NCBI RefSeq assembly: GCF_964355755.1
Contig: NC_092673.1
Span: 25,665,648-25,729,647, forward strand
Direction: 5' to 3'
DNA: 64,000 nt
Origin: Antedon mediterranea
Lineage: Eukaryota > Animalia > Echinodermata
Shown: positions 34,601 through 49,700 of the stretch, piece by piece
Position numbering within the stretch: position 1 is the stretch's first letter
How the letters are laid out: the number at the start of each line of letters is the position of its first letter
The notes under the pieces: generated by a model
The model's input: only the letters and a program-made list of their open reading frames with translations
Told to the model about the DNA's origin: nothing
The model's database searches: none
Position numbers and translations under genes: made by a program

Positions 34601-37347
34601 GTATATGTAAGCCAGTCGAGATGATGGTGTCTAATTGCATGTTTCTGCCATACCCTGTCTGATGAGTTAGAAGATTTGCGGCTCCATAGACCAATCCCTA
34701 TTTTCTAAACAGAAAACACGTTCGTGTTTTATTCAGTAGGCGACGATAATGACGGGATTTGTAAAGTGGCATTTAAAAATGAATTTACTACAACACTAAG
34801 ATGTCTGTTCTTTGAAAAATAAAGATAATTGGATAATTATAAATTCAATAGCTTTATTTATGATAATATTAGTAAAATGTTTATTACTGCTGGGATTTCT
34901 TTATGACATTTTTTTTAAAAACCAATCACCAATAAATAAAAGAATACTATTTACAAAAGTAACTGAGGTTTGCAACAGATTCAGATTTTTTTTAAAAACA
35001 AAAACAAACAAACAAATCCATTTAAATAGCTTCAGTCATGTTCACACGGTTACGGTTATTTGTTCATAAAACATAAGGATCATTTCACACTTATAGTATG
35101 ATCCTGACATCATGTTCATAATGTATCGTATTTATTTTCAGTTTAAAAGTCTGAGATAGGCCCAAATGTGTTATGAAAATATAAGAATTATCTATTGAAA
35201 TCCGGGGAGGACAAATTTGCTGTTGTTAATAACGAAAAGTGTACGATTTTCATTTTAGTCATGGTACTTGTTATCCACATTCAAAATGCGCATAGTGTTG
35301 TGCACCGGTCATTAACTTTTTGTTACCCAAAGTCCAAAAATAAATTATTTCATAGCATTTTATGATTTTTTTCTGTAACGATACAAGGTCTATTGACTTG
35401 ATGGTGACTGTGCTGAACTTTCATCCCCAGTAAATTATGAAACGAAAGACAAAAGAGACGGTTCAGACAAAAAGGTAAAATACTTTTAATTAATCATTAT
35501 TTTTGTTTCATATGATTCATCATTATCTACCTTGACCTGGTAATTTAAGTCTTGTCAAGAACTAAGGGGGCGTGATAAGGAAGGACAAACAACCACACCA
35601 CCATCTGAAAACAAAATGACTTCCGGTCGGAACAAAAATTATGATTTACCTATTACATAAAAATAAAATGTATTATAAATGTTTAATCATCCAACGAAGA
35701 GTCTAGCCAGAAAAAAAGATTTGTCGGGACAGGTGGGTTGATTCGGTTATCTTCGTTATCGAGCTCGGGTAATCCTCGGAAGTATAGCTCGGTTGACGTT
35801 TCAGCGGGCTTTCGGCGAAACTACACAACTCGACTCTTCTTACTATGAATACAAATTATTGCCAAGGGCAATGTAACCACCAAATATGGTAAATGTATAT
35901 TCACCTCTGAACTTCTCAAGTAACTATTAAGCTCCCAAAGTGCTTAGGTTCAACTACAACACACGTGTTACCAATCAGGTAGTAAATCAAACCATAGCTC
36001 ACAACAATAATAAAACAAACTCGCTCTTTACAGCTATTTGGTGACTCTTGTCTGCCTAATTTGTTTTTGTTTATTGTGATATGTTATCAATGGTGCAACG
36101 GATACTTAAATACAGCGTAGTAAATATTAACTGTGACGTATTCTTTCAACAACTTACGGTTCAGGCTCAACGTATTTTCTCTTAAAAATTAAGATTGAGA
36201 ATAAATGGCACCCCTCTGTCCTATAAAAAAAAAACATATAAGCCTCTCAACAGGCCTACATTGTGTGTATGTATTTGTGGTCGGATATAACATGCATAAA
36301 TAAATGTTACAATTACTGTACCTCTGTCTAGTATTGAGTAAAATAAACGAATAAGCCTACAATAATTTGACAACACTGCTAATGATAATAATAATAATAT
36401 TGTACCTCTAATTTTAATGAGCATAGACTGATGATTAATTGATCATCAAGTGAATTTAATTACATTGTGATTTTAATATTATGAATTAATAAATACATTT
36501 GAAATAATCATAGTATAATATTTATGATTAATAACTGCAATGACAGCTTTCACAGAAATAATATGTTCTCGCAGAAAAAACTTATATTAACACAAATAAT
36601 TTAATTTGTAACCTGAGAATGTCTGCAATTAAAACAATGTTCGTTAGAGTTAATTGCTAGTTCTTTTTTGGGTTAAGTTATTATCTCTTTTGTAAATACC
36701 AATGAAACGTTTTGTTCGACTGTACTTTAAACGTCATCATTACAGAACGTCAATAAAGTTCCAATATTGAAAACATCAGTTTCTAATAATAAAGTGGAAC
36801 GGAAGACCGATGTGGTAAATTCGCCGACAAAAGTAGGTATATTTAGAACGGTAAAGTATAGGCCTAACGTAGGACGTATTTGCAATGATCCGTGACTTTT
36901 GGTAAAACTGTAGTACAGCAGTTCTGTGCTGAATGTCTGTATAATTGGTCCACTGCGAATCAAAATAGTGCTACGAATTAACGAATTGTGTTTGCTCAGT
37001 GGTAACAATGTTTTGCTCCCTTAGATTTTAATTTTAGATTCGTTGATCAGTTTACAAGTGTCCCATGGGATTATGATTGAAAATAAACAGGTAATTGATT
37101 TCGGAAGACTTAAGCCTAAAAATAATAGTTTTGATAGTAAGTTTGAAAGCTAAAATTGGTAATTTAAAAGTAATAGGCCTAAATACTTTTGTAATCTGTT
37201 TTGCATAGTCTGATACCATTAAAAATTTGGTTACATCTAAATTATGTTATAATTGAAAGGCTAGTCTGATTGCGATTGTGAAGTATAGGCGTAACATTTT
37301 AATTTTAAACTCAGTACATATAAATATGTAAAACATAATATAAATTT

Positions 37348-37378
<31 letters not shown>

Positions 37379-38536
37379 TAATAATAATAATTAAGTTCTA
37401 CGGTACCGGCAGTAGGTTAAAGATTCATTGATTTATTGTATGACCTAGTTTTAAAAACAAATTTAATATTGATAATTTACTTTGGTGTGATAATGTTTAT
37501 AAAAGTAGTAATAATTATGAAGAGTTTTAGATATATACTATATGCAATAGCATGGATAATAGGCACTGTGTGGTACCAGTATTTGTTTGTTGATTAGGCT
37601 ACTGGTGTGGTAATAACAACTACTTGTTCTTTATTGTTAGTTCTGTTTGTTGTTTCATAAAAATGAAAGGGAAATAATAATCGTATTTTATTATTTCCCA
37701 TTCGTTTCCAGCTATTCGCTCCATTTCGCCAGCGGGCCAATTAACTGTTTTGAGCTTCCGTAATAACCACTCTGTTTGTGTGTATACATTTATAAATACA
37801 TCGTATTACCAAAAATAAATTTAGGCACCGTAAGCTACCAGATAGATTACTAAAAATAAAATACATATTATTCGGTGAGTTCAAATTGAAATATTATCCA
37901 AGAATATCGCTCATGTGTATTTTGGTCTTTGACTATTGTTGTGTTAAGCAACATGCTTTGGGAATTCGAGGGTGGCAGTTTATAAGAGATATCAGAATCG
38001 ATAAAGAAATTCGACCGTTTCCTTAATTTACATTGTTTCTTCAGCACTATTTTGTAGAAACTGTCTACCAAATTTAATCATGTAAGTTGGTTATATTTTA
38101 TTTTCATCTCTGTAATTTAGTTATATAGACTGAAAAAAAAAAACAAATTTAAGTAGGGCCTATACTATTTAAAATGAAGTCATCTAATTGGCTTGAATAA
38201 TAAGTGTATCTCAAAATGTTGCGATTGGACAAGAATCTAGAAATTTCATACAATTTTACATTTTGGTATTTAATTCAGGTCGTCAATACAACAATGAATC
38301 AATGGAATTTTATATTCATAATCATTTAGCTTTTATATCACCGTTCACCCATTGCATGAACCTCGACAAAATTAATTCATAAACAACAATTGTAATCTAA
38401 GAAAATGATATTCTCGACTTTGCAGGATAATTAATGACTATTTGTTAATAAACGGTAGTAGGTTGTTAATGGATTGAAAACAGATAAATCCGTGTCTTAA
38501 TAATTGACGGTGAAAGAGAGTTCAAGGGGTTGTTAA

Positions 38537-38715
38537 AGCTTGGTTCCCACTAGAACGTAACGCAAGGACGTAAACGCAACGCAAGCGTTTTAACCAATGA
38601 CAAGCGAAGTTATAGACAGTTAGCAATCACAAGCAAATAAGCCATCGCTTGTGATTGGTCAATTCAATTGCGTTGCGTTACGTCCTTGCGTTGCGTCGCT
38701 AGTGGGAACCACGCT
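38537..38715. mobile_element. PIF/Harbinger-like MITE, family A
   Basis: Near-identical to 15673-15851; TAA and TTA flanks. Confidence 0.85.
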
Positions 38716-39549
38716 TTAGAGAGCAGACGATCTTGATGCATACTACAACAACTGGGCGCTAACAATCAATTAATATAGTTCGCATTATTTAATCATTGCG
38801 CAATACACGTCATTCATCCGTAATTATATAACAGTATTAATTTTTTTAACTTTTTTCTTGACGACATTTATTATTAGTTACCAAAGTAGCCGATGTTATT
38901 AAAGTACCGTATTACTTGTTGAATAGGTTTTTTTAGGCATAGATAAATAAGTTAACTAATTTCTCCATGGTTTAGGACACTGTATACACGTCATTCATCC
39001 GTAATGACGTAATTCGTAATTATATAACAGTATTAATTGTTTAAACTCTGAAACTTTTTTCTTAAGGACATTAAATAGTATAGTTACCAAAATATTCGAT
39101 GTTTTTCAAGTACTATACTTGCTGAATAGGTTTGTGGGGGACTGTAAAACAACTAGGCGATAACAAGCAATTATCTGTTCGCATTATTTTAGTTGTATTA
39201 AGTCAATGCGCAATTCAGAATGTGCAAAGTAGTATTGCGCAATTCATCCATAATTATAACATGATTGGTGGTCCCAAGTTAAAACTGTGTTATTTTTAGG
39301 ATACTTAGGCTATATACTATTTACCAAATTAGGCATGTAATCGATGTTATTAAAGTATACTTGTTGAATATAGTTTTGTTTAGCAGACATTCCTGGCTTT
39401 GTGGGCTGATAATTTTACAATGCAACTGCAAATGAAAAGGTTGAAGCTTCTTTTGATCATTTTCTTTGATTAGCACAATCCTAGCATTTTACTATTGCAT
39501 TAGAAGAATTGTCATTGAGTGTTCCAACAGATTATACTTTCTGTATTGA

Positions 39550-40520
39550 CGTAAGTCTATTATGTACGACATTGATTACCACTGATCGTATGAATACTGA
39601 ATCGGTTACTACTTGTTTCCGGCAATTACTTTGCTTTGTGTCGTTTGTTATGTATTCCACCACCACACTTCAGTTGTCAGTCAGAACAACGCTCTTAAAT
39701 AGATGGAATATCTAATCCTTTCTTGTTTTCTGAATATAGGTGCTATTGATAGTTTTGTTTGATCAATTTTATTCCAAAACCTTTGACGATACCGGTGATG
39801 TTTGTGTTGTCATACATCCGTTGAAGTCAATTGTACATGTAGTGTTAACATAAGTTAACAATCAAATGTTTGAGAACAATTAACATCCCATTGAACAATT
39901 TTCACTTCCTAATGACCCGAGGGGGTTCGAAGCTGACCGAAGTTTGTTAAGCGATGAACTTTCTCTAAATTCTTTGACAAGTTAGGCCGTCGAGTTCGTT
40001 CACATTAGCCCATCCGTAATCATCTCCCCACGCGGGTGGATCGGCGGTTTATGATGTCGATTACCGACCAGTAACCTACCCTCTCCATCTAGTGTTTTTC
40101 TTGCAATTTGAATCACAGCTTGATTTTCTGTTGGTAATTTATCGGTACAAAGGCCACTAACAGTTAGTAGTCAGCTCAAAATATCGCATTTCATTTATGA
40201 TATGACATGTTATACCAGAATCTACCTTATTCTGTGCACTATTCATGCAAAGTATAATAAATTACACAAATTGTTCCGTCTGGGCTATTTATTGGCACTT
40301 GTGTAAACCCTCAGGCGTTGAAATGAATTGATTTTCTCATACATCGAGATTGTCTACGAGATGTAACTCCTGCCGATGTTTTGTGACACCGTTATCAATT
40401 TGAACCGCGATAGACCTAATTAGGTGCAACTTCTTCTATCGTCAAAGCAGCCGCATGACAAGGTACCATTTTCACATCGGTATTTCGTCACATTTGGCGC
40501 ACCATCGACAATATTTCGGT
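39550..40520 (-). mobile_element. possible heavily decayed L1/Tx1-like LINE ORF2 3' fragment
   Basis: Stop-riddled remnants FYYTL, RFWYN, LTCQRI*RKF...FEPPRVIRK* and a later C..C/H trace, in an order resembling the post-RT region; weak. Confidence 0.3.
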
Positions 40521-43500
40521 AATTCGGTTTTCGTTTTAAGTGTTCCAACAATAATATTAGCATTAATCTAATTATAACTGAATTTCCAAGGGGCTCTTTA
40601 TTTTCAATATCAACATAGACACTCTGTCCGTTTTTGCAAGGGCAGAAATAATAATACCACAGAAATTAAGAAATGAAAGAACTAAGAACTAATCAAATAC
40701 CACATTATTAATTATAAGGATCCGGTGGAACAAATAATTCCAAACAGACATTTTTATATCGTTTAATACATGTTCAACAATTACATAGTGTCCATGTCAT
40801 AATATATTTATGTTGAAAAATAAATATGAACAAAGATGTAATATTAGGCTGCAGAATATGTTATATTGGGTCTTTTAAAAATCGTTATTACGCATAAATT
40901 TCAATTAAGCCTTAAAATGCTACGTTGTCGTAACCCTGTTTACAATTTAAAAAAATAAAGGGCGATGTGGTGTTATTTATTCAGTGGGAAACCCTATGAT
41001 GGGCCAGGCATTAGGTTTTCCATTGTAGAAATAAGTTATGTCTCCATAGTTTTACCAACATGCCATAAAACGTATATCATTATTAACAAAGTGAATTCTT
41101 AATACAAAGCTTTATCTAACTTTTGTTTATCATGTGCATTAATTTGTTCTATCGATGTAAAGTTTTCCAAAATTAGGACCATATATTAAATATATACCTA
41201 AATCATTGTTAGTATAAGTCAGAATAAAAACCCCTTGTTTTTATTATTTACCGCATTTAGTCTTGTATAAACATTGCTCGTAGAGATTCATGACGGAGGT
41301 AACACTGATCAAGATTACAAAGTCAATATTTAAAAAATATATACTTTTTAACAAAATCATAACACAAAGCGCGTCGGCCTATATTATTATTCTGTTTTGC
41401 ACTGAATTAAAAGCAATTTGCCAAAATAAGACATCACCCTAAATCATCATCTTGAGTTTTACTATTTACAGCCTATTAAATACGTCTTATATAAACACTG
41501 CTCGCACAGTTGCATGACGTAGGTAGCACTAAACATCATATAAGGAAATCGATTAGTACGGAAAGAAAAATATGCAGTTTGAAATATTAATTTTTTTTAT
41601 TACGTGATATAAAAACGCGTTTCGCTTCTTTTTCGTCAAAGATAGTCAATATCTGAAGAGAATATATATACACCAGTGACGTCACTATAAGTATAAACAA
41701 ACACAATTAGTAATTACAATATCATTAGGCCAACTTCTAGATTGATTGTTTTCATTTTTAGTTGAATGTTTTGCAAAAAAAGATGAAATCAAGAAACAAA
41801 ATGTGGTAAACATTTCTTTATATTGAAGACGGTTATCGTATAATTTTTAATTTTAATGAGAGGCCTAACAAGTATTAATTATTAATAAATTATCATTAAT
41901 TATTTAAGAGTGGTTATTAATGAATAAAAGCATTGTGTTGGTTTGAACTAAATTGTTGAAATTCTAATAAAATAAGAATTTTTTTTTTCGATACGATATT
42001 CATTCACTTCCTATTTATTTATTTTTTATTCTTGTTTTTAAAAATATTTATTGTTTGGCGATGAGCAAGCCTTTTTTTGATAATTATGTTTGTGTTTATT
42101 TATTTTTTTATGTTATTTGTTATGATTATTTATGTTTTGGTAACTGCGCCTTGAGCACTCTATCTTGTAAAATGACAATTGACGATTACAGTAATTTTAG
42201 TTCTATCCCATTTTTTTTTAATCCGTAACACAGTTCAGTAGTATTAGCTGTTATTGGGCACAACGGAAATATAGACATTTGGAAAAATGTTTTTTTTTTG
42301 TCAAGGCTATTGAAACGGCAATATAGATAAACGGAAACACCACTACAGCGTTTGATTATTGATAGTTTTAATTGACGTCATAGAACGTAATATGTTACAA
42401 ATAATAATATGGAACGCCAATATAAAAACAAAACATGTGATTATTATTTTTAAAACAAAATAATTGTATTCGTTTTATTTAACATACATTTATCAAAACT
42501 TATTATTTTTCATTATAAACGTGTAACCTTTGTATATGCTATATTCTAAAAATGTAAATTGTTTAAAAAAATCTCTATTTAAATTAACATAGCAATTATG
42601 ACGGAAGGTTATGAGTTATTGTTACTATTTTAGTTATATTATTTTGTATGTCCATTTCTAAATTTAGAGAAAAAATCTCAATTGGATTTTGGAAATTTGA
42701 CACATTAATATGAGTAATATATCGACATTGTTTAACAGTTATCCGTGCATTTATTTAAGAGCGATTCTCTACTAAGAAAACACAATAGGAGCAATAAAAA
42801 TAGAATATATCCGATTGTCAACATTAGGGAAGTTTTGGAAGGTTACCACCAGGCTTTTGGACAACTTTGATTGATAGTTTCTAGGCTAACTTACCCAAAA
42901 ACAAGACAAATAGAAAGAAACATTAACAATTCTAATTTATTCTGATATTAATAATAATGAATTGCTAAATAGGTACATAATGATGTCGTTTATATTATCA
43001 TTAAAGTTTTTCAAACAATTTAGCGCCACAAATTAAGTCATTATGACTCATTTGGCGGATATTAGCGATGTACTTTTTGTTCGTCTGCTGAGAACAACAG
43101 TGCCACTCATTCAAGTATTTGACCAATCAGAAACGTTGACACTGCGCACAATGACAGGAAACACCACCCAGTTGATCAGACGATATAACTGCACAGGCTA
43201 GCCATGTAATTTAAATCCACGCATTAGACCTAGCCTCACACCCCCACAAAATGTATTTTTAGAAAATATAGATTTAATTTAAAGAAATATTAAATTACAT
43301 ATCTACCGGGTATCTATAATAACCGGATCAAAATAATATTCTAATCTGTGGTGGGCCTACAACTTTGATAATAATATTAATAATGCTATTGTACTTATTT
43401 TTTGGGAAGATTCCCTTTTCTTGCCTCCTGATATGTTGTGTCACTACCGCACCATGGCATTACTACTAATAATGTACCGTAATAGGCCTACATACATTTA

Positions 43501-43634
43501 TGTGGTCACCAATATTGATAACCAGAAGTAAAAATAGGCTAAACAGATTCTGTTCCATATTATGGGCAAACAAAAAACATTTGATAAAAAATACAGCATA
43601 TTATATCGAGAAATAAACTGTCAGAGCATCTGTA

Positions 43635-43773
43635 AGCTCTGTCTACACTATCAAACTTTATGTCACAAAAAATGTGATGTGCTCATATATGGACATGATA
43701 ACATCATATCACTATCATATTTGGACACATCCCACTTTTTTTGTCAAACTCGTTTGATAGTGTAGACAGAGCT
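43635..43773. mobile_element. MITE family C (TIR AGCTCTGTCTACACTATCAAA)
   Basis: 21-bp terminal inverted repeats; related copies at 20362-20465, 45213-45387, about 47935-48050 and about 63165-63307. Confidence 0.8.
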
Positions 43774-45212
43774 GTAGACCTAAATTGTTTTGATAAAAGG
43801 TGTATGTTCACGGTGTCTGTTTCTATAAAGGGAAGACTGAAGAACAATGCCTTTTAACTTCTTTACAAACTTAAGCGATGTTTACACTTAAACTTAATGA
43901 AGAAGAATACTATTAAAATATCACGAGTATCCAATGTTTGACATCTCACTCTTTACCAATTTGCCCACTATAATAAATGTCAGTAATTGAAAATACACTA
44001 GATGCTTTACTTATTTTAACACAATGCAAGCATTGTTATGATAATGGTTTTAAAACATTGTGTTTTATTATACAATTACAATTACATTAAAAATAATTAT
44101 TGAGTATAAATTATACTCGAGTGCCATTCAGTTAATTGATCAATAATTCAATTTTGATATTGGACCGGTTTTTGTTGGTTTATTACGGTTTAACAATGGA
44201 GGGACCGGTACTGGCTATTTCGCAATAACACTTGTTCTGATTAACACAAATCCAGGGTTTTCGGACCTTGTAAACTGTAACGTCATCTTCGGGATGTTGA
44301 CTATGACGTCATTAATTAATTGGTGACTGTCCCACGTGTCACTAATCTTGGTCAGTAGGAAACCAATAATCTACATTATATCTATCGTTCTATTTTACAC
44401 ACGAAAAGAGACAAATTTATAGTGGGGGGGGGGGGGTGCAGGTGGGTTGGAGGGGGTGGGATGGAGAGAGGGTTTTCAACCATGTTAACTCCTCAATCCA
44501 ATACATTTAGTTCATTTTTTTGGTTTTGTATGTATGTATATATTTTATATGGACAGTTAGGCCTAGTCTGAAATAAAGTTGAATCGGATTACCGGTAAAT
44601 AACAGAATTGCTAAAGGTTAGCAACATTGTAAGACCAAACGATAGGACCTAATGTTATTATGCCTATATAATTCTTAAGCGTAAATCTCTTGGATGTGCT
44701 ATATTTTAATAGGTCATCGGCATGTATTAATGCTATACCATTTTAAAATAAACTGACACCAATTTTTTTTTTAATGAACAAATGAATCCTTAATATTCAA
44801 GAAAACTATTTAATGCAAACAAGTTTTCCTGTACGCTTGCGATTATCGAATGTTATGATTTTATCGGATTTTTCAGTTTAAAAAAAAAAATAAAAATCAG
44901 ACTCAGAGGCGAAAATCAGGAGGGTGGGGAGTGTGAGAGAGAGGCTTGTATATATAATATATATGTTTTGCCTAATTGATGACATAGATCTGATAATTTA
45001 AGCCAAAACATTGATGTCAACAACCGCCCACATCCCGCGCCCATATTTCTTTTCTACTATTTATATGTTAATAATTGCAATGTACTACTTCGGAGACATG
45101 ATTATGAATCCTTAACCTTCCACTTAATTTAAAAATGTCCTATTTTCAGTAATTAATTAAAAATTCAAAGAAATCAACCTTGTTAGCCATAATGACAGTG
45201 ATACTGATCTAA

Positions 45213-45387
45213 AGCTCTGTACACTATCAAACTAGTTTGTGATGTGCCCAAATATGGTGGTGTTGTAGTGCCCAAATATGGTGGTGTTGTGCCCAAATAT
45301 GGTAGTGATATGACATCATCATGTCCATATATGAGCACATCATATTTTGTTGTCACATAAAGGTTTGATAGTGCAGTAGACAGAGCT
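45213..45387. mobile_element. MITE family C copy with internal triplication
   Basis: Same TIRs; GTGCCCAAATATGGT occurs three times. Confidence 0.75.
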
Positions 45388-46390
45388 TTAGTCACATTTC
45401 AATCGTCTGTTGTGATAGGCATATTCATTAATTACTTAATACAACATTATCCATTTAAATGATTGTGTGTAATTGTTTTATAGTCGTTTTATTCAGAATG
45501 GCCTTGTAATTTGTATGTAGGCCTACATCATTTACGATTCTATCTGGTTTTGTTTTGGTTTTTTTTTTATTCTCTTCTCTCACCAGTTGTTTTGAAAACC
45601 CCTGTTGTTTTAATTTCAAATACAACTTGTATATTTTGTTGACATGTGCATGTTCACTTGTCAAAAATTGTACAATATGAGTTTGTGATTGTGACTGTAT
45701 ACCAACAGGGCCTATTTACCTCCAGTCGTCTCTGACCCACTTTGTTTGTAAACCTACCTGAAGCAAAAGCAACATTCTGGGTTAGGTAACCCGGTTCCCA
45801 TATGTCTGCCGCACCTGCATGGACAGGCAAATGAACCCTCCCTACCAGGCTAAGCCGTACGATTTCAGCATCAGTTTGACAAGCGGACAATAGTTTTCAC
45901 AGGTTGCCAATTTATAGCAACTTTTGATACAACGATGAAGTTATGATCGAATCAGCATGCTATTTATTGATTACACATGACGAATTAATGTCAGGCATCA
46001 ATGCCTCGTTTAAAATCATTCGTTTAGTCAACAAAACGAAGCTGTTTTTAGGAGAATAAAGAACTGACTGTTACGATAGACTGGTTCTAGTGTATGGATA
46101 CATTTTATCCTCATCAGCCTCCTCAAATGTCTTGGTATAAAGGTACTGAATTATGACTGCTGGATATGGGAGATGACAGCGGGGTGGTTCCCCACCTCAC
46201 CGTAAAATTAACAGTAATTTACACAAATTACTACCACAATTCGTGTAATCTTATACAAAATGATTTATGTTAGGTTTCCTGTTTTACACAGTTGATTTTA
46301 TTCATGTCCCAATTAAACTGTATTTATTTAACACAGTTCAAATATTGTATGTGATGGTATCGTAAACTCGTGCGCATTTAGCGTGCGTAA

Positions 46391-46754
46391 AGCGTGGTTC
46401 CCACGAGACGTATCGACGCAAAATGCTGTATTGCGTAATCACAAGTGGGAACCGACTACACAATAGTGCTGCAAACATCGCAGGTTTGATTTCACGCAGG
46501 CGCGGGCAAACTCAATTGTTATAAGGGCATTTTCTTACGTTGCGTAGGTTGCGTTACGTTGCGTCGCTAGTGGGAACCAAGCTTAAGGCTCGGTTCCCAC
46601 TTTAGACACAACGCAAGGACGCAACGCAAGGACGCAACGGAAGGGAAGTAATTTGACCAATCACAAGTGATGGATTATTCTAACTGTTGCTTGTTATTGG
46701 TCAACTCGTTTGCGTTGCGTTTACGTCCTTGCGTTGCGTAGTGGGAACCACGCT
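46391..46754. mobile_element. two adjacent MITEs (family B 46391-46583 + inverted A-like 46587-46754)
   Basis: TIR-bounded units sharing a TAA. Confidence 0.8.
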
Positions 46755-49700
46755 GTTTTCATCTTCTTATTGTGACTAGACGAGTTCTCTATGTATTTAA
46801 TGTTGTGGTATATGGTTAAACTGTTTTAAAAATCGTTACTGTTTTTAATATGGTACATTGAATATTTTATTTATTATCGTCACTTATAGCATTAAACAGT
46901 GATGACTTGAAATAATGTTGATTTACAGGCCAGGATATCAGTTGACTGTAACCGGCATTCCCCTCCCACCCACCTCTAATTAATTAGAGTAATTGAATAT
47001 TTGCAGTTGACACTATTGATATTATACAGTATCAACTGACTACACCGTCATCATTACCGTCAGAATTGATTAGAAATACATGTGTTAAGTGTACGATGTT
47101 TGTGAAAATCTCTATTTACCCTTATTTATCCTATACGACAGTGCGCTTTTAACTATTAAAAACGTAGGACTGTCTTCTGGGTTATTATTTTTAGACAATC
47201 AATTAAATACGAATTGTTTGTCGCAATTGCGGTTAAAAATGCTTCTGCGTCCGGGTAAATTACGTCATCGAGCTAAGTGTTTTTAGTCGTATTCGTTTTA
47301 ATTAAATGAGATACCATACTATCAGAATATAATCTATGAAACATGATCTAAATTACATATGTTCAGAATGCGTCAAAAACTATATTTCATTAAACAACAA
47401 AATTGATATGTTATTAATAGAATGATAGTAAACATACGTTTGTGAACATAGAGTACCACAGCAGTCTGTTACTTGGTGTGTTGGTATCTGTCAAATTATG
47501 TCATTCAATTAATTTGGCCAATCAAGCGATGAATTATTCGAACTGTATCGCTTGCCATTGGTCAACTCGCTTGCGTTGCACTGACGTTTGCGTTGCGTCT
47601 TTAGCTCTCAAGTCCAGGAAAACACTTTGCATCGTTATTTGCTTAAAGATTGTTGGTTTTTGTGTACAACATTCATTAGTTGTAATTAAAATAGTTAATA
47701 TTCGGGTTGTTTCAGAGTATTTAAGGTATTGGATGATTTTGTGGCGATTTTTGTGACGATTTTTATAAAGTCGATAAGCTTTTACGTTTGATTCCGGATT
47801 TTCATCTGCAGGAAGCCCTACTATTACAAAACAAGCAAGGACGTTGTTGACCAATCACTTGTGATTGGTCAAATCACTTACATTGCGTTTACGTGGCTTG
47901 CGTTTCGTCCTATTAGGACCATCCACCCTCCCAATGTGATGTTATACCCATGGAAATAATGATGTCATATCACAACAATATAATTTGAGTATATCACTTC
48001 CATACATCACACTTGCTTTGCCAAACTGGTTTGATAGTGTAGACAGAGCTTTATTATACAATGTAAATACAACTTGAACCATTTTCATAAGCATGTAAGC
48101 AATACATCCATGAGTTGCATCAAGATATATTGACAAAACCTTGACAGGGAATAAAAGTCTGTAGCGTTCTTTTAAAATAGGCCTATACATCGGCATTTGA
48201 CGTCAATCTGTTGTTAATTGTTATTGTACAGTGTTGATTATGTAATCTATTTTGTTGTATTAAGTCATGATTGTTTTCCTTTCCAAACCTTTGTATTGAT
48301 TTAGTGTTCTACTGCATATCGATATTAGAATAATTTACAGTACCCTAAAACACACACCTAAATAAACGTGGGTGTCATAGCGTTAAGTGATAATTACAGA
48401 ACAGATGGTATCAAGTAAATATGTATTTATTTTTATTAGCTTATTTCTGGGTGGTGTTGTGTTTTTCTCTACAAGGCTTATACTGCATTAGACTGCCAAA
48501 CCACATATGGGTTTTAAGTAAATATATAATGTGTTGTGTATGTATCACTATGTGTGGAGTTTTTCTCTACATCAATGGCTTAATTGCATAGACTCGGAAT
48601 TTATTACAGTACTATAGGCTTACTAGAGTATACGGATGGATGGATAGGCGCCTTTTTTGCTGGTAAAGACAATAATCGTGTTCTGTGGTGAGAAATATGA
48701 AGAAGAAGAAAAAAACTGTATTAAAGAGGAGACAAAAAAATTAATGATGCTTTTTGTAGCCACCATGATATTATTTATATACTTACTACTATACCTATAA
48801 CTAGTTGGGGGTTTTTTCCGGTTAAGAAAAAAATGTTGAAACAGAATCAGTACCTCGTTTGAAGAGTGTTTTGCTTCGTTGTGATGTTCATTTCGCAGCA
48901 CAGTTCAAAGCCAATATGTAGGCTGGGAGTACATTACAGTATCCCATTTGGGCCTACGTAGCATAAAGATCAATACTCAGTAAATTTTACTTATGAACCA
49001 TATCTTTTTTTAAATATTAAAACGCTTTAAATGATTTTAAAACCCACTCTCTATATCACATTCGTTATCAAACTGAACGCGTTTTTCGTTAAAGAAAATA
49101 CACCTTTGTTTATTTTCTTTCAAGAATTGATTATAATTTCTGCAGTCTTATTTTCTTACGCCAACTCAAATGGAGAGCAATTTTTCTTAATGTTAAACGA
49201 ATCAATTAAGTCGTATATTCGTCGAACACAATTTAAGATGAACGCGATGAATTTGGTAAAATTGAACATTTTAGCAAGCAAAGATAATACTAGAAATATA
49301 AATATGGGTAACTTGATTGCTTCTATTTGTAAAGATAACGTGTTCGTTTGTTGGGCTGTGGAGAATTAAGAAGTTTTGTTTGAAAAATTCAGGTCGAAGA
49401 AAGAGAGATGGTCTCTAAAAAAGACGGTCGGTGCTAAATAAAAGGCAACTCGTTTGTTGTGTCATGCCTTTATTGTATTGTGACAACAAGTGAACATTAT
49501 ATACTATTTATATTGTCATAAACCTTCCGCGTACCACCAGTAGGTGAGTTTAATTATCATAATGCCATAATAGGAGTAGGCCTATTGTAATGAGAAATAT
49601 TTAGGCCTAGAGAAGGTTATGATAATGGTTAGAATAACAAACCAAGTACCACCTATTACAAACAGTTACGACGTTTAAAAATAACATTTATAATTTATAT

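Noticed and set aside
40180-40230. VDSGITCHII on the minus strand resembling a copia protease motif
   Set aside because: No LTRs, gag, integrase or RT nearby; an alternative frame fits a LINE remnant equally weakly.
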